Source: Dimorphilus gyrociliatus
Lineage: Eukaryota > Animalia > Annelida
Assembly: GCA_904063045.1 (NCBI GenBank)
Contig: CAJFCJ010000021.1
Location: 744,001-808,000, forward strand
DNA length: 64,000 nucleotides
Direction: 5' to 3'
Made by a program: the position numbers and the translations under genes
Notes under the pieces: model-generated
Databases searched by the model: none
Told to the model about the DNA's origin: nothing
What the model saw: only the letters and a program-made list of their open reading frames with translations
Part shown: positions 26,883 through 39,437 of the stretch, piece after piece
How the letters are laid out: every line of letters begins with the position of its first letter
Numbering within the stretch: the first letter of the stretch is position 1

Positions 26883-28442
26883 ATACGAATTATTAAATAT
26901 TGAATTGAATAATTATCAAAGAATACTTTTAATAGAAAATTTAATCTCCATAAATAAAGTTCAACCTGTAATAACACCTTTTAACGTATTCTTTATATAA
27001 CTATATTAGATATTAGTCCTTTATAATTTATTCAATTAATTAACCGACTATCTAACTCTTTTCCCTGCTTCGATTAACTATTCTAGGCTTCAGTTGTTAT
27101 CCTTAAAATTCAACCTTTCGTTCTACTTGTACATGGAGAAGTAGCCGAGTTGATTTATGAACTATTAACGAATCTTGGTACAAAATATTCTATTGAGGAG
27201 AACATTGATAATCTATTAAAGATACACGAAAATTATAATTCAATGGCTCCTCTTCAAAGTAACGGAACGCTTAATTTGAATCGTTATCACACCTACGATA
27301 ACATTGTTCAATGGATGTTTCAAATGAAAAGGGATCATTCGAACGATGTGAAAATAATTAAAATTGGTAAATCTTGGCAAAAGAGGTCAATTTTTACAAT
27401 AAAGATTAATAAAGGAGGTAAAATTGGTAGAAAAGCTATTTGGTTAGATGCCGGAATTCACGCTAATGAATGGATTGGACCAGCAGTAATGCTATATTTT
27501 ATAAAAGATGTACGACATTTTCTCTTATTTATGCTAGTTGTTAATTGAGGTTAATTAAGGCACAAAGACTCTCCAGAGTACAAGAAATAATATAGCTAAT
27601 ATTTTCATTTCATTTAGTCTTTCTCTTCCATAGCTTCTCACCGGTAATTCTCAAATGATAAACTTTATGACTGACAATTTCGACTGGTACATCACGCCCG
27701 TAATAAATCCAGATGGTTATAATTTCGCGTGGAAACATGACAGACTGTGGAGAAAAACTAGATCTTCTCATCCTAACAATAAATGCGTTGGTGTAGACGC
27801 CAATAGGAATTGGAATATTTTCTTTGGAGGTAATTAAACCACGTCATAAACAATATATACGGTATATATATTTATATATATATCTTTGTAACAGAGAAGC
27901 TGGATACTAAAGACGAATGTTCCAATACATACGAAGGACCATTTGCTTTTTCCGAACCGGAAGTGAAAGCTGTAGCATCATTTTTGAAAAGTAAACATGA
28001 TATTATAGCTTATTTAGCATTTCATAGTTACAGTCAGGCATGGATGATACCCTTTGCTAACAGCAAAAGTGACAAACCGAGAGATTACGACCGTTTGGTA
28101 AAGTATTTCGAAAAATATTCATATTCTATTATATAGATTACTGAATTATTTACAATAAAGATAAATATGGCTAAAGATATATCGGCAGCAGTTACGTCTA
28201 AGAATGGCGAAAAGTATACATTTGGCAGAATATCCGAATTTGCGGGAGAGGCTACAGGATCATCTGCTGATTATACTTATTTGAAATTGAATATAACGTA
28301 TTCATTTGGCGTGGAGCTGAGAGATAGAGGTTTTTATGGATTTCTCCTACCTCCTGATCAAATTTTCCCAACTGCTCAAGAAAATCTGGTTGGTCTCTAC
28401 ACACTCTCTCAACGTTTAGCATCATTAAGAAACACCTTCTAG
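26883..28442 (+). CDS. M14A zinc carboxypeptidase (CPA/CPB-like) with prodomain; signal-peptide exon unresolved. Exons ~26883-26958 (or -26967), 27087-27509, 27634-27829, 27895-28097, 28161-28442
   Basis: YHTYDNI, IGKSWQKR, WLDAGIHANEWI (HxxE), PVINPDGY, DRLWRKTRS, CVGVDANRNW, FSEPE, FHSYSQ (third Zn ligand), FGVELRDRG (catalytic Glu). Confidence 0.9.
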
Positions 28443-31261
28443 TATTGTATAAACAGTAATACGTTACCTACCAATATTATATTCTTAAAGATGATCTAAG
28501 GATGATAATATGAATACATTTGCATATATTAAAATAAATGTATAAAGTTTTATGAATTTTGTTGATTATTAAATACCCAAAATTAATCATAATGTACAAT
28601 TTGATTACATAACTTATCTAACAATTCGTATGAATAGATTAAATTAATTCTTAATAGAATATTAATTATCGACGATAGAGGAAGAGGAGATCAAGTTATT
28701 AGTATAGACGTATCTCAAGAACTTGGATTAAATAGAATTAACGAGTAAAACAAGTAGTTTAATTATTTTCTATTTTTGTCTGGACAGCAAAATTTTTATT
28801 CTCCTCTCTTTGTTCCCTTTGAAATATTGTTACTCTGTTAACGAATAATACTTGAAAATATACATCTTACCTATTACAAACTAGCCTTTAGATTCAATAG
28901 AGAAGACAATTTCCATTACTGTTCAAGTTTAAAATTATACCATGCTTTTAATTATTCAGTATTGTAAATTGGTGTGATTACCAAAATGTTTATTGTCACG
29001 CTCTGGTGGTATTTAATGGGAATCATGATTGTTGAAAATCACGATAAATCAAGGTTATGAACAACAATGCACGAATGTGTTATAAACGGATTATGATTAT
29101 ACACGTAGATTATGTAGATTGACTATTTGATATTTTCTCAATCCATTGCTCTTGATGATATAGAATAAACTATCAAAATTCTAACGCAATTTGAGTTAAT
29201 GATACAATTTAATTGCTTTAACAATAATCTACTCATTTCATTTATACTTTTTATAGGAAATTTTAGTTAAGATATTCATTGAAATCTATTAGATATACAG
29301 CACATATATACGCGAATAAACCTTCTATAAATAACTCTTTACCATAGTCATGATTTTTGCTAAAATGAAAGAAAATGTCCAATAATGAAACCAAGTGTAA
29401 AGTAATTGTCGAGAAATCATTTCGTATTATTGTAATCTTTATTAAAAGTGGAAATTTTGTTGACTTTCGATTTCTAGTGATTTCACTTTGTAGAAGAATT
29501 CTTCTTCCAATACATTTCATTTATAATTTCTATAGATTTCTGGGATTAATAGTTTTATATTATCTCTATATATACAAATAATTAATGAAAACGTCCTCTT
29601 TGACAGTTATTATTGAATATATTGCCTTAAAAACATGTAAAAAAGAACTCTAAAGAGAACAGTAGAACTCGTAGGTAATTGTTTGTTTTTGGCTAAAAAC
29701 AAAATCATTGTCAGATAAAAGCACCAAACAGATAATTAATCATTTTCAAGTCTTTTTACTGTTAGTGGTAGCTTCTCTTCTTCATTATTTGTTGTTTGTA
29801 CAGATCGTATTCATAATTAAAAGCCTATAGCGAAACTTGCTAGTTTTTTTGATTCACCGTCTTGCCGTTGTAATAACTTGAATATTTAGTCAGAATTGGA
29901 AACTTCTTCCTCTAATACTACTCTACACTATCAGTTGAGATTGAGATGATTTATTATGGAAATTTTTCCAATAATCTACTCATTTTTCGTTGAAGGTATC
30001 ACTTTGTTATAAGGACAATGATGAATTTCATAATCCAGTATATTTTCATAAAGAACCTTTCGAAAACGATTTTATTCATATGGAAAATATTTGATAAGTT
30101 CATACAAATCGAATTGTTCAACAATAATCCTTCTTTAACTGTTTGAATTGTTAGTATTTCATTAATTTATGCAAATTAATTAGCCAATGGTGAATTTTTT
30201 CAAGCTATATCAATCCACACCAAAATTTGAATATTTTTTAAAATTATTCATCTTTCTTAAAGAATAAATAAATAAGAAAGTAGAATTGTAAGAGAGATTA
30301 ACAATTTCGTAATCTTTTCTAGAGGAGAATATCCATTGTCTGTTTTACATATATCGAGTTTTTACAAAGAGATTTCAATGTCATAACCAGATATTGAAAA
30401 TCCATTAAATCCAAATATGTCTTTAAACTTTTGTTAAAATTTGCATATAATATTTAAATTGTAATATAAAAAAAGCCAACGGGATATCTTTATTATAATA
30501 GCTGATTAAAATGTGACTGATTGTGCACCAAGTGACCAACTGTACTACAAATGAAAATTAAATATCTGCAAATATTAGAATAAAATTACTGTTTGAAACA
30601 GCGGTTGGTTAAGGATTATGTTAAAAGCGTTGTTTTTTCAATTATTGTACAACTGTAATAAATTAACTCGTGAAATTTGAAAAAAGGGTAAAGAGGGATA
30701 GATAGATAAAGAAGTAAAATCTATACTTAATGAGCTTTCAATACCTTTTCTTTCAATTCTTTTCTATTCTTAAGAAAAGAAGGCGTTGGAAACCATAAAT
30801 AGTTTTATTCCTTATATATCAAAGTTTTATAAATAAAGTTACGAAAGGTTTTGAACGGTTAATGAACGGGAGAAATATTTTCTTTTAATTATCTATACAA
30901 AAAAAATGGAGGCTATTAAAGTAAGAACAAAAATTCATAAATCAGGTCAAAATGGACTAGGCGACTTTTTAAAAAATTACTTTCCAGTGTTAAATCTATT
31001 ACGTTATCAAAATACGACAAATAGTAGCTACTTCATCATTTTTAATAGTAAATAATAGTTTGTACTTTTAATGTACTTTCACAACAGATGTTAAAGTATT
31101 GTTTAAATATTTTGTTAAGTTCGCTTGAACTCATTTTATGCACTGCGTCTAGTACGCAAAAATGAAAGATAAGAGCGATAACATATTTCAATATAAGCTT
31201 TATGTTAAATTCAACTGTTATATATTCTTTCGTAGCTGTTAACAAGTTGAAAGCAACGAAT

Positions 31262-32844
31262 ATGCATATAATATTTCGATTTATTATATTATTTATTAAA
31301 TGTCTTATGGACATTATTGGGGATATCTTTTATTATTTTGGTCTCAAGTTATCCCCTTTAACATTTGAAAATATCTCGAAAGAGTTGACTAAGGAAGCTC
31401 GTTCGGAATTGTTACAAGTTGAATATCTACAAGACAATTTAGACGTTTTTATTCGGACAATTGCCGATGGGAATACTATGCCTGTTACTGGAAGATATTT
31501 TACTAAAGTATGGCTTATCCATCTACTAGAGTTGCGTGTTAGAATTAAAAGATGCCTTAAGGAAGATCCATCTATTTATCGGGTTCCTTTAAAAAGACCA
31601 ATATTCTTTGTGACTATGATGCGAACTGGTAGTACTTTTATGCATTGCCTAATGGCTGAGGATGACCAATGGAGTTGTCCAAAATTATGGGAATTGGAAG
31701 ATTTCTCTCCTCCACCAGGCACTACGGCTGCCGACGATAAAACTAGAATAGCCAGATGCCAGCTAAAATGGGGTAAGTTCTAAACAAATACTATAGTTTA
31801 TAATGATCAATTCATGATTTCTTAAATATGTTTCTTTTAGAAATTACGTCCACTTTGATGGGTTGGAATGATGTTAAAAAAGCTCATGGATTCAATCCTC
31901 TTACACCGGAAGATCTTCTTTTCCTTTATCATTTAGATTTCAAATTTGTAAGTAGTACATACGGAAATTTCATTCAAAAATTTACAATTTACTATTAAAA
32001 GATAAATAATGCTTTATCAACAAAATTAATGATAAAGATAAATGATAAATTTAATACGACATATTGTCTTTTACTAACTAATTAACTAACTAATTAATTG
32101 ATTAATTAACTAATAATCTAATCCGTTGTAGATAACGGCAATGCACGACAGAATGGAAGGAGAGTTTATGGACTTTTTCCAAAATCAACCAGCAAATTTA
32201 GAGTTAATTTATAATAAAAATTTAAAAACTCATTTGCAAATGATATGCAAAAATAAAGGTTTGTATATTAATTAATTAATTAACTATTTAACTTATTAAC
32301 CAAAATTTAATTTTTCTTTTTAGATATGGAAAATAAAAGATTGTTAACAATGCTTCACGCTTCACCAGCTCATTTGGAGTCCCTTTTGCAAGTGTTTCCC
32401 GATGCTCAAATTATAACTCTTCACAGGGATCCAGTTGGTGTTATGAAATCTGTTTGCGATCTCATTCACACAAACTCTAGAACTTGTAGAAGGTTATTTG
32501 TCGATAATAAAAAGGGCGTTGGTAGACGTCTTTTAAAATCTTTAACAAATGATAGTAAAAACTTGGTAAAATGGAGGAAAGATCAAAATCTTGAAGGAAA
32601 AGGAATTCAAAGATTTATCGATGTTAATTTTAAAGATCTAATAAAGAATCCAATAGAAACTGTCCAATCCGTCTATAAACAATTGGGTACAACATTAGAC
32701 GATAACTCTTATAAAAAGATGGCAGCATTCTTAAATTCTCACAAGAAGTCTTCTTCAAAAGCATTCGATATTCAAGATTTTGGTCTTACGAAAGAAACAA
32801 TTAGGGAAAGTTTCAAAGAGTACACTGACTACTTTAAAGTTTAA
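31262..32844 (+). CDS. Sulfotransferase copy 1 (Sulfotransfer_3 / bacterial-type family). Exons 31262-31772, 31841-31947, 32132-32258, 32324-32844
   Basis: 5'-PSB loop RPIFFVTMMRTGST, CPKLWELE, and 3'-PB motif FPDAQIITLHRDPVGVMKS (R...S spaced by 8). The start Met was chosen from alignment with copies 2 and 3. Splice phases are 1,0,1. Confidence 0.88.
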
Positions 32845-34147
32845 AAAACAAGAGACGTTCAGAAAATGATATTAAATCATTATGATTCATATGCAATAGT
32901 CGTTGCATTGTACATATCTATGTATACATATATATATATATACCTTTCTTTTATTAATCATATGCTAATTTATTCAGAAATATACTTTTTCAAAGTTGCA
33001 TTTATCTTTTATTTTTGAAAAGATCTCCTGCTTGTTGAAATATTCCATTCTCTCCTAAATAAGGATGAATAATTTAAAAAAATCTAATCTAATATAATCT
33101 AATTTACAATAAAGATTATATAATCTCAAATCTCGTGCCAATCTCTCTCTTAAGGTTAAGAATCTTGTTGGTACAGTTGGATACTAACAATAAAATATGT
33201 TCTTCCATAAAAGAACGAAGAATTATAAGATTAATTGTACAAATGTCCCTCTTCAAGAATAGTCCAAGAATACAATGAACAACACCTAGGAAAAAGAAAA
33301 AGATAAACAAAAGTTAAACGATCTTACGTAGCGCAATTCTTACTAATTAATTAATTAATTGTCAAGTATAAAATGAGTTGATAGATATTTTTGTTATGGA
33401 TTATGATAAATAGAAGGATCAGTGTTAGGTTAATATATCAATTGTTATATAATAATTTAAAGTAAAATAGTAAAAACCTTTCGAAAGAATGAAAGTTAAA
33501 AAGTTTAATATTGAAAATATCAGTTTAAATGCTAAAATAGATAGCGATATAATGATGTAATTAATTAGTATAATAACATAATTACAACATTAATTTATTT
33601 ATTTTAACTTTAAGATAGTCACTTTTTTTTATTATTAAAACCTAACCCAATTTTAATGAAATGTTATTGAAAAGATTTTCGTATTATAATTAATTATTAA
33701 AATTGGGTGTGTTTTTTTTTATTGGATATTTCTTCGTATATATAACTATGATGGCGCAAATAAAATTTTGCTGTGGTGCAGTGTTAGATTCATTATTATT
33801 AACTTTTTCAATGTGTATTACGACACTATTATCTTTTAATGCAAAGTAGATATATATACTGTACAACTGTTTTTACTTTCTATCGAAAAGAACAATTAAT
33901 TGAGGAAGAACAGTTCTTCAAATAAATCAAGGAAGATAACTTCAAAGTGTGTATTATGATTGCAAATAGAAATAATTGAGCGAATAGCTTTTAAACTTTT
34001 ATTTATTAAAGTTTGACAAGTTTCCTATTAGTTTAGAATTTCCTTCCATTTCTACAGGAAATCTTTTCAACTTATATTTACAGTAATATAACATCCTCTT
34101 GTGGATCTCTCTGTCATTACTACTATTACTACTACTTGCAAGACGCT

Positions 34148-35164
34148 ATGAATAATCATACGGATCTCTTTAATGCCACATTAGAACCGGAAGCAAGTGG
34201 AAGAAGTTACCTTGATTTAATCGCTTCTAGATTATTTTCCTATACGATATTTCTGGCTTGCACTTCGGTGGGTATACCTTTGAATATTCTATCGATAGTC
34301 GTCATTCGTAAGGGACGACTATGGAATATAACACTTTTTCGATATTTGGCTTCTGTATCATTCGGAGATATCTTCGTGGCTCTAAGTTATACATTCAGGG
34401 CGATTGTTCTAGTCGATTCAGAGAACATAACTCTACTCGCCAACAACATCATCAATTGTCGACTGGCGCCTTTCTTTTACGTTACATTTGCACAACTCTC
34501 TTCGTTCAATCTCGTCGCCGTCACATTTGACCGATATCTATGCGTTGCTCATCCTACCAAAGCAAAGGTTTGGTCGACGATTGGAATTTGTAATAAGGTT
34601 ATCGCCTGCGTTTTTACCTATTCACTCGCCACTGCCATATTCATTCCCATTGTTCAAGACAATAGCGTCCGTCTGTCTCCTACCAGAGTCGAGTGCATGC
34701 CAAAGAACGATGGAGGAATATTCCTTTACAAGTATTTTCTGCAGTACGTTTCGTCCGTCTGCTCCTATATTCCATCCATCATCTTGGCGATTCTCAACGT
34801 GCTCATAGTCGTCAGTCTGAGAAGACACACGAAAGAGAGTGACATGGTTAAAGAGAATAGTAAGGACGAGAAACTGAGGAATGCAACAAGAAGACTAACA
34901 ATTTTGAATCTATTCATTTCAACAAGCTTTATCATCCTTACTTTTCCGTTATGCTGCTTTAGCATATACGTTCGCCTCTTCTCCAAGAATTTCAACACAA
35001 ACTCCCAAGAGAAACTCATCTACGAAGTGGTTTACGTCTTGAACGCGATGAATAGTGTTATTAATTTCTTTGTTTACTGTTTCTGCGGAAGAATGTTCAG
35101 GAACGAGCTATTGAGTATATGTTCTCATACTGAGAGGAAAAGCTCTAGTTTAAGTAATTCGTAA
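34148..35164 (+). CDS. Intronless class A orphan GPCR 1 (FMRFamide-receptor-like / lophotrochozoan-expanded type)
   Basis: Seven hydrophobic segments: PLNILS (TM1), DIFV (TM2), FDRYLCV (DRY), ECL2 Cys (VEC), FIILTFP (TM6), NSVINFFVYCFCGRMFR (TM7/H8). First ATG is at 34148. Confidence 0.92.
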   Translation: MNNHTDLFNATLEPEASGRSYLDLIASRLFSYTIFLACTSVGIPLNILSIVVIRKGRLWNITLFRYLASVSFGDIFVALSYTFRAIVLVDSENITLLANNIINCRLAPFFYVTFAQLSSFNLVAVTFDRYLCVAHPTKAKVWSTIGICNKVIACVFTYSLATAIFIPIVQDNSVRLSPTRVECMPKNDGGIFLYKYFLQYVSSVCSYIPSIILAILNVLIVVSLRRHTKESDMVKENSKDEKLRNATRRLTILNLFISTSFIILTFPLCCFSIYVRLFSKNFNTNSQEKLIYEVVYVLNAMNSVINFFVYCFCGRMFRNELLSICSHTERKSSSLSNS

Positions 35165-36646
35165 GCGAGATGGAAAATTTTTTTAAATAACATTAGTAGA
35201 CTAGACCAGAAAAAAACCTCTATTCTGTCCCCCATCTTCCTCCTCTGCCCTTCTAATTTGACTTGGGCACAACTTTTAACTAATTAAAAAAGTAGTGAAA
35301 ACTATATTTTGTAAATTCAATAGAGGCAAGGTACAGAAAAGAAAGAAAGAAAGAAAGGTAGGGAGAAAGAGGAAATCCCTTTGAAAAGATTATTACAAAG
35401 TAGACATAATAGAAAAGTAGAAAAATAGTTTTCTCTTCTTTAGTAATTGCAATTTGTGAAAGAAAAACTAGTTTTTACTTTTTTCTTTATTGTATTAATA
35501 ATAATTATTTATATGTTTTATGTCAGCCTAGCTGATATGTAAATCTGTTAGGGTATCATTTTTGTAGGTGTAGTAGTTCAATATTTACTACTTGTGTATA
35601 TGTTGGCAGTGCAATGCAAGAAACAATAGCATACTTTCAACCTCAGAATCTAGTTGAGATGGCGATAGTAGTTGCTGTTAATACACAAACAACTCTTACA
35701 GGATATATAACTGATGAGGTATCAGAAATTTTGAGGGTATCGACTAAATAATCTAAGCGTTAGTTATCATCTTTCACAAAGATCTCCAATAATACTCTTT
35801 CACTAATTATTCTTGTTTAAGGGGATAGAATAGAATTTTTGTCGTTATGTTGTTGTTGTTGGGCTATTAAACCCATGTACAATGTGTTGGATTACACAAA
35901 ACATTAATACAATGTACGAAAGTCTGAACCGACTAATTCTTACATTTTATAAATTGCAGAAGTAGTAAAGTAAACTAGTGTTGATTAACCTTCTTAATAT
36001 ATAACTTTCATAAGGATCATCTTTTAATGATCTCAATTATTGTTAGTTGGATTTGAGGTGTCGAACGTGTCTTTAATACGATTCAAATTCTGTTTACGTT
36101 CCTGAGAGCAAATTAATAGCGATCCTTTTATATATTAGGATTATTTTAAATAGTAAAAAGATATAAAGATGTACTATACTAATCAACTGGATAAAAAAGA
36201 TATCAGCGTGACAAAATGAATAGTCCTCATACGCCAATTTAACTCTTCTAATCTTTTTAAATAGCATCTCTAAATCTTTCTAGTATGTTTTTGGTTAACG
36301 AAAAATATTATATTATACAAAAAGTATCTGTTGGTCTTACAACAATTAATAATTTTAGTATCAAGAACTTTTGGCGTCCAACGCTCTCTATGATAATAAA
36401 AATAGTACCTTTCAGGAATATGAAATTATGACGCGATTACCAGGAAAACGGTAATTTGAAAAGAGTATTTTATCAAAGAAGAGCAGGAAGAGAAGAAGAT
36501 GATATTTTTCCTTCTAATATAGACTCTACGATCAAATATCTTTATTATTTAAGTTTTTGTTTATCTTGTTATAACGTGAAGAGAAACTCTGGCTGTTAGC
36601 GATTCGGGACGTCTCGTTTGATAGGCATTCTCTTAAAGGTATTCAA

Positions 36647-37633
36647 ATGAATTATACAAACTCTACAACGACAAATTTATCATCGAATGGTAAAGAAACA
36701 TACTTCTCTTTACCCGCGCCCAGGTTGTTCTCGTATGTAATTCTACCTGTGGCTATCCTGTTTGGAATACCTCTAAATATCCTCTCGTTCCTGGTTATGG
36801 TTAGAACAAACCTGCGAAAGATTACTCTCTTCCGATATCTTACTTCTGTGACAACTGCAGACTTTTTCGTGATTGTCAGTTGTATTTTAAGAGGAATGGT
36901 TTTCGTTGACATTGAAAACGTTTCGTTAAAAATGTTCAATGTCATTTATTGTAGATTATTTTCATTTTTCTACGTTACCTTTGTACAAGTATCATCGCTT
37001 AGTCTTGTGGCGGTAACTTTTGATCGTTATTTGTGTATTGTATATCCAACAAAAGCGAAAATATGGTCAACTATAAACATCTGTAACAAAGTGATTATAT
37101 CTATAGTTGTATATTCAATTGGAGCTGATGTCTTTATTCTCGTTGTTCAAGATAATAGCGTTAGATTATCTCCGGTAAGACTTGAATGTCTACCTCAGAA
37201 TCCCGGTGGAAAATTCTTATATAAATATCATTTAGCACTATCATCAATAGTTTATTCATTTTTACCATCACTTGTACTAATAACCTTGAATGTATTGATA
37301 GTAAGAAACCTTAAAATATATAGAGATAGTTTTAAAACACCTAGACAAACCGGTAAATATGAAGGAATATTTAAAAGTGTTACTAGACGATTAACAATTT
37401 TAAATTTAATTATTTCAACTAGTTTTATTGTGCTTACTTTACCTTTAACATCGTTCAATATCTATGCTCGTTCATTCTCTAAAGATTACTATTCAAACAA
37501 ACAAGAAAAGTATCTTTTTGAAGGTTTCTTTATGCTTAATGTAATTAATCACATTATTAACTTTTTCCTTTATTCATTCTGTGGGAAAATGTTTAGGAGA
37601 GAGTTACTTTATCTTTTGTCGTGTAGTAAGTAG
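36647..37633 (+). CDS. Intronless class A orphan GPCR 2, close paralog of GPCR 1
   Basis: FDRYLCIVYPTKAKIWST, VQDNSVRLSPVRLECLP, NHIINFFLYSFCGKMFR. Confidence 0.92.
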   Translation: MNYTNSTTTNLSSNGKETYFSLPAPRLFSYVILPVAILFGIPLNILSFLVMVRTNLRKITLFRYLTSVTTADFFVIVSCILRGMVFVDIENVSLKMFNVIYCRLFSFFYVTFVQVSSLSLVAVTFDRYLCIVYPTKAKIWSTINICNKVIISIVVYSIGADVFILVVQDNSVRLSPVRLECLPQNPGGKFLYKYHLALSSIVYSFLPSLVLITLNVLIVRNLKIYRDSFKTPRQTGKYEGIFKSVTRRLTILNLIISTSFIVLTLPLTSFNIYARSFSKDYYSNKQEKYLFEGFFMLNVINHIINFFLYSFCGKMFRRELLYLLSCSK

Positions 37634-38357
37634 CTGTATTCCATTTTGTCTCGTCTTTGTGCGAAACTATACGAGGAATAAAGAAACTAATTAAAACGAT
37701 ACTAGTAATATTTACCTAATAATTACATAGTTAGTTTGTTTTGACCTTTGTAGCCAAATCCTTAGGTGTCTATACTTGAAATGTCGATGGAAACCTTGAA
37801 TAATAAACCTTATTTACCGATAATATCTCTCTCTCTCTTTCTCTTCATCCATCCATCTATCTTTTCTATTAGTTTACTTTTCGGGGATAGTTCCAACCTA
37901 TTTATATATAATAAAGTCAAACTGTACTTTGATCTAGCTCCTCTGAAAAATCGAATGATATGATTGCAAAGCAATAAGCCACTAAACAAGATAAGTAATT
38001 AAATTTTACTAGTTAAAGAGAAACACCTAAGGTATTTATTAATTAAAAGACTTCTTTACATTTATAAAATGGACAAATATGCTGAAAATAAGTAAACAAC
38101 ATAGATAGAACATACCAATCGGCATAGTCAACTACAATATAGACAGAGAGATGAACTGATATTTTGTAAAATATAGTTGATGGAAGCAATTAAAAAAGAC
38201 ATTGAGACTGATGAAAAATGAGCATTGCGCAATTGAAAATAAATGAATAAATGAACAAATTAATATTGCTAGCCTGTGTATTTTCATAATTGTTTCCATT
38301 AAATAGGATCTTACGCACTACATTTAAACGGTTACTTGTTTTTAATATATTCCTTCT

Positions 38358-39437
38358 TTAAGTCACAATTGTATCGTTAGTTATAGTCCCCTTTTGCAGA
38401 CTTGGACACTCTCCCCCTCCCCCTCCTCCTTCCCTTCCTTCTCCTTCTCCTCTTCGTTTTCTTATCGAAGGGCAATTAGAAAATAGACGAAACATTTCAT
38501 TTCTAAACGTTTTACCACACAAACAGTAGAATAAAAAATTTAAAGTATGATTTAAACTATTGAATGATGTTAATAATTCTAAAAGTAGTTTATTCACCTT
38601 TGAAGCGTAAAAGTTTGGATCAAATAGCCTTACGTATATACTTGTTATGCAAACGGGAAATGTTAAAATTATAAAGCTTGTCGACACTAAAAGTATCAAT
38701 AAAGTTGACTTTTTTGCTATTTTCTTTATCTTTTTATCTCTGATGCTATTTTCTATTTTAGCTACATCTTTACTATGACATTTAATCTTATATAACATTA
38801 ATATATTAAATATCGCCATTGTAATAGATGGTAAAAGAGAATACATAACGTTCTGAATTGTTAAATATGTTTGGTAGAAAAACTCTCTTGCCAATAGATT
38901 CTTTGGTAAACACTCAATCCTCGCTAACGATATTCTTTTAGCTTGTGTGTGAATGACTGGGGAGAATAAATCAATAATTATTACAGTACTAAAAATACAA
39001 ATAACTACTTTATTACAGATTGATAAAGTAGATAAGACTTTTACTTTTGTAGGAAAAGCAACGCATATAAAACGATCTATAGTTACGGCGACTAAACAAT
39101 ACGATGAAGTTTGAGAGAATGTAATAAGTACGTAGATTGATATTTTGCAATACAACCAAAGATAGACGTCAGTCGATACAACTTCACTAGCAAAGAATAA
39201 TCCTCCTCTGACTGCGTATGCAAATACAACCAATAGGTCTGATATAGAAACTCCAGCAATATATCTAAATAAACTTGATTTCCATAACGAGCTTCTTACT
39301 ATTGTAATGATTGAAATTACATTGAAAGGTATGCCAAAAACTACTGCAATTGGAAAAAAAAAAAAAGGGAACACTCTTGCTCCAAGCCATGAAATTAATC
39401 CTCCATCATCGTTCGTACTATTTGTCAAATTCATCAT
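38358..39437 (-). CDS. Intronless class A orphan GPCR 3, same family, opposite strand
   Basis: PFNVIS, IDRFICVAFPTKVKVLST, RIECLP, FIILTFP, NHTLNFLFYCLCGKTFR. Confidence 0.92.
   Translation of the reverse strand: MMNLTNSTNDDGGLISWLGARVFPFFFFPIAVVFGIPFNVISIITIVRSSLWKSSLFRYIAGVSISDLLVVFAYAVRGGLFFASEVVSTDVYLWLYCKISIYVLITFSQTSSYCLVAVTIDRFICVAFPTKVKVLSTLSICNKVVICIFSTVIIIDLFSPVIHTQAKRISLARIECLPKNLLAREFFYQTYLTIQNVMYSLLPSITMAIFNILMLYKIKCHSKDVAKIENSIRDKKIKKIAKKSTLLILLVSTSFIILTFPVCITSIYVRLFDPNFYASKVNKLLLELLTSFNSLNHTLNFLFYCLCGKTFRNEMFRLFSNCPSIRKRRGEGEGREGGGGGGECPSLQKGTITNDTIVT

Noticed and set aside
28900-30600. Fragmentary ORFs between the carboxypeptidase and SULT copy 1
   Set aside because: No consistent exon chain or recognisable motifs.
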